A DNA stretch of 63,312 nt, the filler included. It is 4 parts of 4 records of this genome, joined end to end, with 100 filler letters (N's around TTAATTAATTAA, not from the genome) between each part and the next. Parts side by side here need not be neighbours in the genome. Positions count along the whole stretch, not along the records: positions 1 to 31,604 come from SRR2962707_2780; 3 more parts are not named here. One strand, given 5' to 3'. Within the stretch, counting starts at the first letter, position 1. Each line of letters opens with the position of its first letter. Both the position numbers and the translations under genes were made by a program. Shown in pieces: positions 1 through 9,707 of the stretch. The notes under the pieces were generated by a model. That model did no database searches and had not been told where the DNA came from. It saw only the letters and a program-made list of their open reading frames with translations.

Positions 1-90
1 GATGAACCAGAAATCCTCCGTTGTTCAAATACTCAAATCTGTCCGGCATTCTTGCGCCGCACGCATCCAGATTACTGAGCCCCATCAGCA

Positions 91-1014
91 TCACTTTGTG
101 CCGTTCACATTTAGATAAACAGAATACAACGAACTCGTCCCCGCGATGAACAAACGGTTGAGCTTTGCACCGCCAAAGCACAGGTTTCCAACCAATTCAG
201 GTATGTGTATTTTTCCGATCAGATCACCCTGCGCGGACAAACAATGGACCCCGTCAGCCGCAGACGTCCAGATGCGGCCGCTGCGGTCCAACCTGAACCC
301 GTCAAAAACGCCGTTGGTACAATCCGCGAAAACACGGGATGCGCCAAGGGTTTTTCCATCGGTATTAACATCAAGACTGCGAATATGGGCTGGCCCATCG
401 GTGTCATGCGTTGCACCGGTATCTGATATAAACAGCACGGTTTCATCAGTTGAGAATGCCAACCCGTTTGGTTTTACAAAATCGGTGGCAACGGCGGTCA
501 CAGTGCCATCAACAGGATCAACCCGATAGACAAAACACCCGCTTTGTTCTTGTGGTGCGCGATCGCCTTCGTAATCCATCATGATGCCATAAGAGGGGTC
601 TGTGAACCAGATCGACCCATCGGATTTTACAACCACGTCATTTGGCGAATTGAGCGGTTTGCCAAGGTAGCTGTCGGCGATTACGGTCACCGAGCCGTCA
701 TGTTCCGTGCGTGTCACCCGCCGTAACAGATGTTCGCACGAGACCAGCCTGCCCTGCGCATCAACGGTGTTTCCATTGGTATTGTTCGAGGGTTGCCGAA
801 ACACCGAAACCGATCCGTCCGTTTCGTCCCAGCGCATCAAGCGATTGTTGGGAATGTCCGACCAAACCAGATAGCGCCCCGCTGGGAACCACGCTGGCCC
901 CTCTGACCATCGGGCACCTGTCCAGAGACGCTCGACACGTGCATGGCCAATGATGCATTCATCAAAAGACGGGTCCAGTGCCTCGAACCCGGTGCCTTCC
1001 AATTCTCCGTACAT
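91..1014 (-). CDS. SMP-30/gluconolactonase family lactonase
   Basis: 307 aa ORF with motifs WSEGPAW, SDIPNNR, LNSPNDVVV, PNGLAFS and DGFRLD. Confidence 0.93.
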   Translation of the reverse strand: MYGELEGTGFEALDPSFDECIIGHARVERLWTGARWSEGPAWFPAGRYLVWSDIPNNRLMRWDETDGSVSVFRQPSNNTNGNTVDAQGRLVSCEHLLRRVTRTEHDGSVTVIADSYLGKPLNSPNDVVVKSDGSIWFTDPSYGIMMDYEGDRAPQEQSGCFVYRVDPVDGTVTAVATDFVKPNGLAFSTDETVLFISDTGATHDTDGPAHIRSLDVNTDGKTLGASRVFADCTNGVFDGFRLDRSGRIWTSAADGVHCLSAQGDLIGKIHIPELVGNLCFGGAKLNRLFIAGTSSLYSVYLNVNGTK

Positions 1015-1754
1015 CAGCCGTCCTTTTTCTGCGTTTTAAAGCGGGGGCATTCCGATGGGCGTACCACGCCGATGCCCTGCTTTGCCATTGTGTTGCCAGG
1101 GTGTTTAGGGTCTGGGCCCCATATTGCTTGATAGGTCTCGTATGCGCGTCCAGCACGTTGCAACCATATCCCGAACCCAATGAGAAGCAACCACCAGCCG
1201 GAAATTCCGAACCACATCCAGACGGGTGCATTTGCGGCCCAAAGGCCCGTTTGAAGGGACAGAATGATTAATCCCATGACAAGATATCCAGCAGTTTTAT
1301 GTACCCACTCAAACACAAGACGCTGACGGGTCATGTCGTAATGATCCCCGCGCAGGCTGCCATTAGGATGCGGCGAAGTCGGACCGCCTTTTGTGCCGCG
1401 CAACATCCCAGACAAAATCTGTAGCAGCCCAAAGCCCATTACCGTGTATCCCAGCACACGATGCAGAAACGCCAGGCCAAGGTTTTGCGAGGACACCCAG
1501 ATTAGGCTCAGTGCAACACAAGCAATTGCAAACGACACCGACTGGCCTATCGCATGCACTTTCCACCACAAGAGGTTATCCAATTCCTCAGGCCAATTTT
1601 GACCCGGAACAATCTTGAAAAATCTCGCCGCAAGGATCGCCACAGGCGTCAGCATTCCCCAGGACAAAACCATCAGACGCGCGTGCCAAGACAGGGCTAG
1701 GCCAATCTCATGCGCGCGCGTCGGATCTACCGGAGAAAGCAACCAATCCAACAT
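1014..1754 (-). CDS. Cytochrome b561 domain membrane protein (FRRS1/DOMON-associated type)
   Basis: Hydrophobic helices with four spaced His (WHARLM, VHAIGQ, LHRVLG, VHKTAG). Start moved to the ATG at 1754, which overlaps the upstream TGA. Confidence 0.85.
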   Translation of the reverse strand: MLDWLLSPVDPTRAHEIGLALSWHARLMVLSWGMLTPVAILAARFFKIVPGQNWPEELDNLLWWKVHAIGQSVSFAIACVALSLIWVSSQNLGLAFLHRVLGYTVMGFGLLQILSGMLRGTKGGPTSPHPNGSLRGDHYDMTRQRLVFEWVHKTAGYLVMGLIILSLQTGLWAANAPVWMWFGISGWWLLLIGFGIWLQRAGRAYETYQAIWGPDPKHPGNTMAKQGIGVVRPSECPRFKTQKKDG

Positions 1755-2626
1755 CAGCCTTTGACGGCACCGGCCGTCATACCAGTAATGATCTGTTTGG
1801 AAGCAACGAAAGTGAAGATGATCGGTGGTATTGCCAGCAACATCCCAGTCGCCATGATAACACCCCAATTGATGTCATATTCGGTGATCGAGTTCACGAT
1901 TGTTACGGGCACAGTGCGCGTGTTGCGGTCCAGAAGCGCATTGCCAAGCAGGAATTCGTTCCACGCGATCCGAAAAGTAAAGATCGCAGCAGCCGCCAGC
2001 CCAGGTTTGATGATCGGCAAGACAACGAGAAAGAAAATCTGCATTGGGTTGGCACCGTCCATACGAGCCGCTTCTTCCAACTGGATCGGAACCTGAACAA
2101 TGAAGGACTGGAGAATCCAGATCACAAACGGCAGATTCATAGCCGTATAGACTAGAATGATGCCCGTGTATGAGCCGTCCAACCCAAATTGGAATGTCCA
2201 GATACCAAACACTGGCACCAGCAAAACGGCAGGTGGCACCATGCGCATCAACAAGGTGGTCATCGACACTGTGCCACGCCCCATAAACTTGAAACGTACC
2301 AAAGCATAAGCCGCCATGCACCCCATCAACAGGGTCAGAGCCGTTGAAACGAGCGCCACGTAAATAGAATTACCCAAGGCGCGCCCAAAGGTCGGGTCGC
2401 AAAATTCCACATGATCTGGCTCGTACCACAACACGTTGCAAAGGACCGTTTCGTAGTTGGCAATTGTGGGCGCGAAAAAGAAGGCCGACACAGTGCTGTC
2501 GTAGACATCCACGTTGGTCTTAAACGATGTGGCTACCATCAACAGGATTGGCCCAAGTGACATGACAACCAGCATGACAATTAGCATGTAGAAGGCTGGG
2601 TTCTGTGTTTCTTTTTGAACAGACAT
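1754..2626 (-). CDS. Carbohydrate ABC transporter permease (CUT1, MalG-like)
   Basis: EAA loop LEEAARMDGA and AWNEFL motif; multiple TM helices. Confidence 0.95.
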   Translation of the reverse strand: MSVQKETQNPAFYMLIVMLVVMSLGPILLMVATSFKTNVDVYDSTVSAFFFAPTIANYETVLCNVLWYEPDHVEFCDPTFGRALGNSIYVALVSTALTLLMGCMAAYALVRFKFMGRGTVSMTTLLMRMVPPAVLLVPVFGIWTFQFGLDGSYTGIILVYTAMNLPFVIWILQSFIVQVPIQLEEAARMDGANPMQIFFLVVLPIIKPGLAAAAIFTFRIAWNEFLLGNALLDRNTRTVPVTIVNSITEYDINWGVIMATGMLLAIPPIIFTFVASKQIITGMTAGAVKG

Positions 2627-2628
2627 AT

Positions 2629-3552
2629 TCAGCTTCCCTGCTTTGCGAGGTTACGCATACGTTCTGCGTGACCCTCTTGAATTTTGTTGTAAACAAACAT
2701 GCCTATCGTAAGGGCCATCAGCACCATCAATAGCGTGTTAGACATGGCCGCAGCTTCACCAAGCTCTTGGAATTCTTGGGCTGTGCGGAAGATACGCAGC
2801 GCGAGAATCTCTGTTGATAAGCCCGGACCACCGTTCGTCAAAACCAAGATGACTTCGAGAACCTTGAATGCGTCAATCAAGCGCAACAGCAATGTCACGA
2901 TCAGGACTGGCATCATGAGTGGCAGCTTAATCAACCAGATTTTCTGGAGCTCAGACGCACCGTCGATTTCAGCAGCTTCCAGCGCGGAGCGCGGCAATGA
3001 CTGCATCGCGGCCAAAGACAGAATGAAGATAAAAGGTGTCCACTGCCACACATCTGCCAACACAACGGCGACGAATGACCATGTGCTGTCAGACAACCAT
3101 GGGATGCCCTCTTCAAACCCCATACTTTTTAAGGTTCTGTTAAAAATACCCACAGTCGGGTGGTACATATAGCGCCACATCAGGCCCACAACGATCGGGG
3201 CAATCATCATCGGCAGGATAAAGATCGTCCGCAGCATGGACATGCCTTTGATGTTACGATCCAGCAGCAGGGCAAGGCCCACACCGATGAACATCTCGAT
3301 CGTCACAACAACGGCAGCAAATTTCATCGTAACCCAGAAACTCTCGCGGAAGGCTTCGTCCGTCATCAAGTTGGCATAATTTCTCAGGCCAACAAATTCG
3401 GCCTCGCCAATTCGCTCACTGGGGCTCCAGTCGAGAAAGCTTGCATATACCATGTAGCCAATTGGATACAGCAGGGCCACTATCAGGATAATCACAGCCG
3501 GTGCCATGAAAACATAGGGCGTGAGCCTGTTCGCTTTGATTGCGATACTCAT
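2629..3552 (-). CDS. Carbohydrate ABC transporter permease (CUT1, MalF-like)
   Basis: Motifs FVGLRNY, DVWQWTPF, EAAEIDGA and TNGGPG. Confidence 0.95.
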   Translation of the reverse strand: MSIAIKANRLTPYVFMAPAVIILIVALLYPIGYMVYASFLDWSPSERIGEAEFVGLRNYANLMTDEAFRESFWVTMKFAAVVVTIEMFIGVGLALLLDRNIKGMSMLRTIFILPMMIAPIVVGLMWRYMYHPTVGIFNRTLKSMGFEEGIPWLSDSTWSFVAVVLADVWQWTPFIFILSLAAMQSLPRSALEAAEIDGASELQKIWLIKLPLMMPVLIVTLLLRLIDAFKVLEVILVLTNGGPGLSTEILALRIFRTAQEFQELGEAAAMSNTLLMVLMALTIGMFVYNKIQEGHAERMRNLAKQGS

Positions 3553-3586
3553 GCGGACATACCTTGAATTTGGGAATGGAAAGGGG

Positions 3587-3612
3587 GGTGCCCCACGTTC
3601 ACGCGGGGCACC
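3587..3612 (-). terminator. Stem-loop downstream of the SBP gene (terminator or mRNA stabiliser)
   Basis: Inverted repeat GGTGCCCC...GGGGCACC just after the stop codon. Confidence 0.6.
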
Positions 3613-3624
3613 GATTTGGTCAGC

Positions 3625-4953
3625 TTACTGCCAAGTGTAGTAGCCAGCGTCTTCCATGATCGCTTTTGCCCGCTCCGCAACGCCATCAAGCGACGTTTGG
3701 ATATCGGCACCTTCAGTCAGGACCTTGGATAAAGTCGTGCCCAGATCGGCGTTGATTTTACCCCATACTGGGATAATTGGGCGCCAGTCCGGGTCCGCAT
3801 TTTTCAACGCTTCGCCAAATGTTGCCATGTGGGGGTACTTAGCGTTCACTTCGGCATCCGCATGTGTCGAATAGCGCGATGGGTTACCACCGGCCAACGC
3901 GATCAGTTTGTCTGCGTTTTTGGACGTTAACCACTGCATCAGCAAGAACGCAGCATCTTTGTTCTGTGCATTGCGCGGAATTCCGATACCAAAGCCACCG
4001 GTCTGAGAACCGGCACGTACACCAACCGGATGCGGTGCCCACGCAACTTTACCAACCACTTTGGATTTGTTTGGGTCGTTAACTTGCCCAGCAAATACAG
4101 TGGAGTCGAGGAACATCGCGGAATTGCCCTGCAAGAAGGACGCGCCCGCCTCGGCAAAGCCGAATGTTGCAGCACCCTCTGTACCACAATCAACGATTGT
4201 TTTCAGAGCATTGGCAGCAGCAACACCAGCGGCATTGTTAACAATTGGGTTCCAACTGTCGTCAAATATGCGACCACCAAGCGGTGCGAGGTGCAGCAAG
4301 AACGCGTGGCTTGCATGGTGACCCGACGCCGCACGTGACGCCAATCCACCCATGCCGGGCTCAAGTTCTGGAATTTTGCACGCAATATCCAGCAGTTCTT
4401 CGTATGTGCCGGGAACCGTCAAACCATGCTTTTCAAAGATGTCTGTCCGGTAACCCAAGACAGACGTCTCAGATCCAAATGGCAGGCCAAAAAGCGAACC
4501 GGTCACACCTGGAAGGTAACCTTTTTCACCACCGGCCACGCCAATGTTTCCTACATAACCGTCAACCAAATCAGCCGCGTCATAGTTAGGATCGGCCAGT
4601 TTTGGGTTCATGAAGAAACGGGCAAGGTTTTCGAGTTGGTCCGCATAAACATAGTCAGCTTTTGAAAAAACCACATAGGCGATCAGATCATAGTCGCCTT
4701 TGTTTTTGGTCAACTCAAGCGTCTGCTTTTCCCGCATTTTCAGATATTGCAGTTGGTCAACTTCAACTTGAATTCCGGTTTCCTTGGTAAATTCCGGCAA
4801 GACACGTCTGACAGCGTCATAGTGCGGGTGTGCCGGAAAGTTCACGACGAGCGTCGTACCTTCATAGGCGTCATAAGGCCCAGCCAGTGCGGCCGTGGCC
4901 GTCATCGCGATACCCGCAAGGGCACCGACGATTGGTTTCTTGATGTTCAGCAT
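3625..4953 (-). CDS. Sugar ABC transporter substrate-binding protein (CUT1)
   Basis: Signal peptide; LFGLPF, YRTDIFEKHGL and GGFGIGI patterns; lies between ATPase and permeases. Confidence 0.92.
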   Translation of the reverse strand: MLNIKKPIVGALAGIAMTATAALAGPYDAYEGTTLVVNFPAHPHYDAVRRVLPEFTKETGIQVEVDQLQYLKMREKQTLELTKNKGDYDLIAYVVFSKADYVYADQLENLARFFMNPKLADPNYDAADLVDGYVGNIGVAGGEKGYLPGVTGSLFGLPFGSETSVLGYRTDIFEKHGLTVPGTYEELLDIACKIPELEPGMGGLASRAASGHHASHAFLLHLAPLGGRIFDDSWNPIVNNAAGVAAANALKTIVDCGTEGAATFGFAEAGASFLQGNSAMFLDSTVFAGQVNDPNKSKVVGKVAWAPHPVGVRAGSQTGGFGIGIPRNAQNKDAAFLLMQWLTSKNADKLIALAGGNPSRYSTHADAEVNAKYPHMATFGEALKNADPDWRPIIPVWGKINADLGTTLSKVLTEGADIQTSLDGVAERAKAIMEDAGYYTWQ

Positions 4954-4986
4954 ATTTTCCTCCCAAAAACTGAAAATTATTGTGTC

Positions 4987-6075
4987 TTAAAGGGCCACTT
5001 CGGTCTTTCGGTCGAAGAGATGGATGCCCTCTGGATCGATTGCAAAACGCAGTTTTCCGTCACGATCAATCGGAATTGTGGACTTCAGTTCGACCTCAAC
5101 TTTTTGGCCTCCGCAATCACACAACAAAACCGTTTGCGCGCCGATGTATTCAGAAACGACAATACCCAAAGATAGGGATCGATCTTCGGCAGCGTCTACA
5201 TCGTAGACCAGATCAGATGGCCGAATACCAAGGGTGACTTCCCGCGCTGGATGCGCAGCGGCGACCTTGGCTTTGCTTTCTGATAGCAAGACACAAAAGC
5301 CCTGACCTTCGACATACGTTTTGTCTTTCTTGACGACGATCTCACCATCCAGAAAGTTCATCGGCGGCATGCCTAGAAAACCGGCCACAAATTTGTTGAC
5401 GGGGTGTTTGAACAGTTGTTCAGGGCTGCCCTGCTGCTGGATGTATCCACCATTCATCACCACAATCCGGTCCGCCAAAGTCATGGCTTCGATCTGATCG
5501 TGGGTGACGTAGATCATGTTTTTCTGAACCCGCTGGCTCATCAGGGCCAGCTCCGCCCGCATCTGCCCGCGCAATTTGGCATCAAGGTTGGACAGTGGTT
5601 CGTCAAACAAGAACGTACCGGCATCGCGGGTGAGAGCACGACCCATTGCAACGCGCTGGCGTTGGCCACCGGACAATTCCCCTGGCTTTCGATCCAAAAA
5701 CGGGGTCAAGCCAAGTGTCTCGGCAACAACACCAACTTTTTCGTCAATCTCGGCCTGTGGCGTGCGCTTCAGGCGCAGCGCAAAAGACATGTTCTTTGCT
5801 ACGTTCATATGCGGATAAAGCGCATAATCCTGAAAAACCATCGCCAGATCACGCGCTTTTGGCTCCAGATGGCTGACCGGATTCCCGTCTACGTAAATCT
5901 CGCCTTTGGTAACGCTTTCCAGACCCGCGATCATACGCAGCGTCGTTGATTTACCGCAACCGGATGGGCCGACAAAAACTGTAAATTCGTTTTCTTCCAT
6001 CTCAAGATCGATGCCATGCAGCACCTCAACGGATCCGTACTGTTTGACCAAACCTTCTAAGACAATCTTTGGCAT
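4987..6075 (-). CDS. Sugar ABC transporter ATP-binding protein (MalK/UgpC-like)
   Basis: GPSGCGKST, LSGGQRQRVAMGR and DEPLSNLD; GGAGG RBS before the ATG at 6075. Confidence 0.97.
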   Translation of the reverse strand: MPKIVLEGLVKQYGSVEVLHGIDLEMEENEFTVFVGPSGCGKSTTLRMIAGLESVTKGEIYVDGNPVSHLEPKARDLAMVFQDYALYPHMNVAKNMSFALRLKRTPQAEIDEKVGVVAETLGLTPFLDRKPGELSGGQRQRVAMGRALTRDAGTFLFDEPLSNLDAKLRGQMRAELALMSQRVQKNMIYVTHDQIEAMTLADRIVVMNGGYIQQQGSPEQLFKHPVNKFVAGFLGMPPMNFLDGEIVVKKDKTYVEGQGFCVLLSESKAKVAAAHPAREVTLGIRPSDLVYDVDAAEDRSLSLGIVVSEYIGAQTVLLCDCGGQKVEVELKSTIPIDRDGKLRFAIDPEGIHLFDRKTEVAL

Positions 6076-6099
6076 CTTTCCTCCCACCGAATTATTCGG

Positions 6100-6145
6100 T
6101 TATTGTTACCGGTCACATTAACACAAATGTGACCGGTAACAATAA
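6100..6145. promoter_or_regulatory. Twin GntR/LacI-type operators forming a perfect 20-bp inverted repeat
   Basis: TTATTGTTACCGGTCACATT-N6-AATGTGACCGGTAACAATAA; each arm resembles the LacI-family GntR box TGTTACCGGTAACA. Confidence 0.85.
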
Positions 6146-6190
6146 AAATCTTCGGAGGAATAACGTTTTAAATTCAGTCTGTTAGCTGTT

Positions 6191-7219
6191 TCACGAACTT
6201 TCGCGAAATATAGGTTCGGCGGGAACTTCAATATGATTCGCAGACTCATGAGTGCCCTCGCCTGCCAGAAGACGTGCTATCAGGCGTCCCGTTTCGCGTC
6301 CGATTGTCAAAGGTTCCACAATAACCGTCGAGATCGACGGAGAGGCGAACCGCGAAACTTCGAAATTTCCGAAGCCCGCAACCGCGATCTGATCGGGGAT
6401 ATTGATGCCGTTGCTCAGTAAATAGCTTTGAACCCCAAATGCAGCCGCATCTGAAACGCAAAAAATGCAATCTGTATCCGGCCATGCCTTCAATATTCTG
6501 GCACCTGCAAGCGCACCGGATTCAATGGACAATGGAGGCGCGCCATATTGCACAACCCGCGCAGTTTCCAACCCTGCTTGTTCCATTGCGGCCCTATAAC
6601 CAGACCGCCGCGCCGCACCACGGGTCCATGTATCGGCTTCCTCACCAAGAAAAGTGATTTCTCGATACCCTTTGGCAATCAGCTTTTGGGTCATACGAAA
6701 GGCAGCGTCATAGTTTGAAAACCCAACTGTGTGTTCAATTGGGCGATCCGGCTTTTCCCAAATTTCGACAATTGGAATGTCGACACTGGCCAGCAGTTCA
6801 TAGGTTCGTTCTGTATGTCCGTCATAAGACAGAACCAATGCCTCAGGGCGCCGTCTGAGCAGGGATTGGACCACCTGTTCTTCGCGGTCCGCGGAATAAT
6901 CCGTGTGCCCCAGCAGGATTTGCAGATCAATCTTTTCCAGTTCTTCCGTTAATCCCTGCACAGTCAACGCAAAGTGCAGGTTGTTCAACGATGGCAAAAG
7001 GGCCGCGACAAAGCCTGATTTTTTGGTTGTCAGGCTACCGGCCATCTGATCCGGGACATAATTCAGGTCTTTGACGATCTTTAAGATATGGTCGCGTGTC
7101 TTGTCAGTAATTGAGCTGTTTTTCTTGAGCGCACGCGACACGGTCATGCGCGACACGCCTGCTGCTTTGGCGACGTCGCGCATTGTTACTGGTGTTTTGG
7201 CGTTTCCGTTTGTTGGCAC
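6191..7219 (-). CDS. LacI-family (GntR/IdnR-like) transcriptional repressor
   Basis: HTH TMRDVAKAAGVSRMTVSRAL plus a periplasmic-binding-type effector domain. Confidence 0.95.
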   Translation of the reverse strand: MPTNGNAKTPVTMRDVAKAAGVSRMTVSRALKKNSSITDKTRDHILKIVKDLNYVPDQMAGSLTTKKSGFVAALLPSLNNLHFALTVQGLTEELEKIDLQILLGHTDYSADREEQVVQSLLRRRPEALVLSYDGHTERTYELLASVDIPIVEIWEKPDRPIEHTVGFSNYDAAFRMTQKLIAKGYREITFLGEEADTWTRGAARRSGYRAAMEQAGLETARVVQYGAPPLSIESGALAGARILKAWPDTDCIFCVSDAAAFGVQSYLLSNGINIPDQIAVAGFGNFEVSRFASPSISTVIVEPLTIGRETGRLIARLLAGEGTHESANHIEVPAEPIFRESS

Positions 7220-7278
7220 AACTGTCTCCCGATGTAAGCTAGATAGAGCTCCTTACACCGGAAAACCAGAAGTGTCCG

Positions 7279-8784
7279 TTAGACAGTTTGCAATTCAGGA
7301 CGCAAAAGCGCTGTTGGGAAGTCTTGGTAAGAGACCGGACGCAACCAGCGCACGATGGCCAACGTGCCCACCGATGTTGCCCGCGCGTCTGTGCTCGCAG
7401 GATATGGACCGCCATGCATCATGGCAGAGCAAACCTCAACGCCTGTGGGGAAACCGTTACAAAGCAGGCGCCCAGCCTTCTCTTCCAACACCTCGGCAAG
7501 ATCACGTGCGAGATCAATGTCGGCATCTTCAAGCTGTAGTGTGGCGGTCAATTGCCCCTCAAGGGCTTCTGCAACCGCCATCATCTGTTCCGTATCTTCG
7601 CATTCCACCATAATACCCGCGGCACCGAATACCTCTTGCTGCAATATCGGGGTCGCCATCCATGTTGCTGCGTCAATCTTAAAGACCGCAGGCAGCGCGT
7701 GACGCTGTTTGTCCGAGCGTCCACAAGACGAGATTTCTTGCATCAGATCGGCAAATGTACGCACCCCTTTTTGATAGGCATCATGAATACCGTCGGTCAA
7801 CATCTTCTGCTCTGGCGCGTCTTCTAGAGCGGTCAGGGCGGCATCAGTAAATGTCTCAAGACCCGCGCCTTTAACCCCAACGATAACCCCCGGATTCGTA
7901 CAGAACTGCCCTGCCCCCGTAATCAAGGAACTTGCCCAACCAGTGCCGATAGCAGCTGCGCGTGCCTCAACCGCATGGGGTAACAGAAATACAGGGTTCA
8001 CCGAACCCAGCTCACCATAAAACGGAATTGGATGTGGACGTGCATGACAAAGATCATACAACGCTTTGCCTCCGCCAAATGATCCTGTAAACCCGACCGC
8101 GCGAATTTCTGGATGTTTCACCAATGCAGTACCGATTACCCTGCCCGGCCCTTGCAACAACTGGAATGTGCCGCTGGGCATGCCACATATTTCCATAGCT
8201 TTTGCAACCGCTTGGCCCACCAATTCGGCGGTTCCTGCATGCGCCTCGTGGCCTTTTACAATCACTGGACAACCAGCCGCAAGCGCGCTTGCCGAGTCGC
8301 CACCAGCCGTTGAAAAGGCCAGTGGGAAATTGGATGCCCCGAACACCACGACAGGCCCAATCGGGCGATGCGTCAGCCGCAGATCAGCGCGCGGCAAGGG
8401 TGAGCGATCCGGCAATGCCACGTCAATACGGGTATCAAGGTGTTTGTCATCCTCTATAAGGTCGGCAAACATGCACAACTGACCGGTCGTGCGGCCTCGC
8501 TCGCCATTCAGGCGTGCTTCGGGAAGACCGGTTTCAGCGCTGCCCGTTTTGGTGATCTCGTCGCCCAACACGTCGATTTGCTCAGCTATGGTGCGCAAGA
8601 ACGTGGCGCGGTCGGCGCGCGACATACCGGCATAGGCCCTGAAGTCACGGCGCGCGGCGACACACGCCGCATCAACTTGCGCGTCTGTTGCTTGCGCAAA
8701 CGCCATACCGTCCAGATCATCGCTTGCCCGCGTTTCGTCTGACCCGAGCCATTTTCCGTCAATTAGATTGTTACCTGTCAACAT
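7279..8784 (-). CDS. Alpha-ketoglutaric semialdehyde dehydrogenase (NADP+ ALDH)
   Basis: FGASNFPLAFSTAGGD, ELGSVNP, GQFCTNPG and HGGPYPA are KGSADH-type signatures. Confidence 0.9.
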   Translation of the reverse strand: MLTGNNLIDGKWLGSDETRASDDLDGMAFAQATDAQVDAACVAARRDFRAYAGMSRADRATFLRTIAEQIDVLGDEITKTGSAETGLPEARLNGERGRTTGQLCMFADLIEDDKHLDTRIDVALPDRSPLPRADLRLTHRPIGPVVVFGASNFPLAFSTAGGDSASALAAGCPVIVKGHEAHAGTAELVGQAVAKAMEICGMPSGTFQLLQGPGRVIGTALVKHPEIRAVGFTGSFGGGKALYDLCHARPHPIPFYGELGSVNPVFLLPHAVEARAAAIGTGWASSLITGAGQFCTNPGVIVGVKGAGLETFTDAALTALEDAPEQKMLTDGIHDAYQKGVRTFADLMQEISSCGRSDKQRHALPAVFKIDAATWMATPILQQEVFGAAGIMVECEDTEQMMAVAEALEGQLTATLQLEDADIDLARDLAEVLEEKAGRLLCNGFPTGVEVCSAMMHGGPYPASTDARATSVGTLAIVRWLRPVSYQDFPTALLRPELQTV

Positions 8785-8787
8785 TGG

Positions 8788-9702
8788 CTATTTTCCCCAG
8801 TTCAGTACAATTGGATCAAGTGGTTTCAGAAGGCTCATCAACCTTGAACGAATGTCCGGATGCAGCGGTTCAATCGGGTGGCGGCAGAATTCGGACTTGA
8901 TCACACCCCCTTCGACCATCGCCGCCTTGCAGGATCGCCAACCACATTGACGGTTCTCATGGTTGATCGCCATCGCGACCCGCCCATACGCAGCCGTGGC
9001 ACCGTCCACATCACCGGCGTGATACAGGTCAATCACCGGTTTGATCTGGTCAACGATCATGCCCGATGTCATCGCACCCGTGGCACCTGCATCCAGATCA
9101 GCCAGCAACGTGATCGCCTCTTCGCCGTCAAAGGGGCCCTCAATCGCGGCACCCCCTTCGGCAATCAACGTGCGCAATTTATTCGCAGCCATCGGACATT
9201 CGATCTTGAAAAGTTTTACCATTTCAATCTCGTTCGCCATTTTAATCAGCAGCGGCACAGGCAGATCAACGCCGGACAAGGGCGCATCCTGAACCATAAT
9301 CGGAATACCAACCTTGCCCACTGCCTGAAACTGCTCGAACGTCTGCTGTGCGGTCCCCTTAAGGAGTGCGCCGTGATAGGGCGGCATCAACATGACGATG
9401 TCGGCCCCCAGATCCTTCGAGAACTGCGCCCGTTCAACTGCGATCTTGGTCGCGTAATGGCTGATTGTCACAATCACCGGAACGCGGCCCGCAATATGCT
9501 CAATACACAGGCGGGTCAGAACTTCGCGCTCAGTATCGGAAATCAAGAATTGTTCCGAGAAGTTGGCAAGGATACAGATACCATCCGCGCCTTGATCGAT
9601 CAGACAATCCAACACCCTTTCCATCCCATCTGTATCAAGCGTTCCATCAGGATTGAACGGCGTTGGTGCGACGGGCCAGATGCCTCTGTAAGCAAAGCTC
9701 AT
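8788..9702 (-). CDS. DHDPS-family 2-keto-3-deoxy-L-pentonate (KDA/KDL) dehydratase, AraD-like
   Basis: CILANFSEQF, MPPYHGA, FKIE, DGEEAITLLADL and HENRQ match the L-KDA dehydratase subfamily as recalled. Confidence 0.88.
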   Translation of the reverse strand: MSFAYRGIWPVAPTPFNPDGTLDTDGMERVLDCLIDQGADGICILANFSEQFLISDTEREVLTRLCIEHIAGRVPVIVTISHYATKIAVERAQFSKDLGADIVMLMPPYHGALLKGTAQQTFEQFQAVGKVGIPIMVQDAPLSGVDLPVPLLIKMANEIEMVKLFKIECPMAANKLRTLIAEGGAAIEGPFDGEEAITLLADLDAGATGAMTSGMIVDQIKPVIDLYHAGDVDGATAAYGRVAMAINHENRQCGWRSCKAAMVEGGVIKSEFCRHPIEPLHPDIRSRLMSLLKPLDPIVLNWGK

Positions 9703-9707
9703 GTCAG

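Noticed and set aside
8788-9702. dapA (lysine biosynthesis)
   Set aside because: Lacks the GTTGE motif (has ANFSE); matches the KDA dehydratase subfamily.
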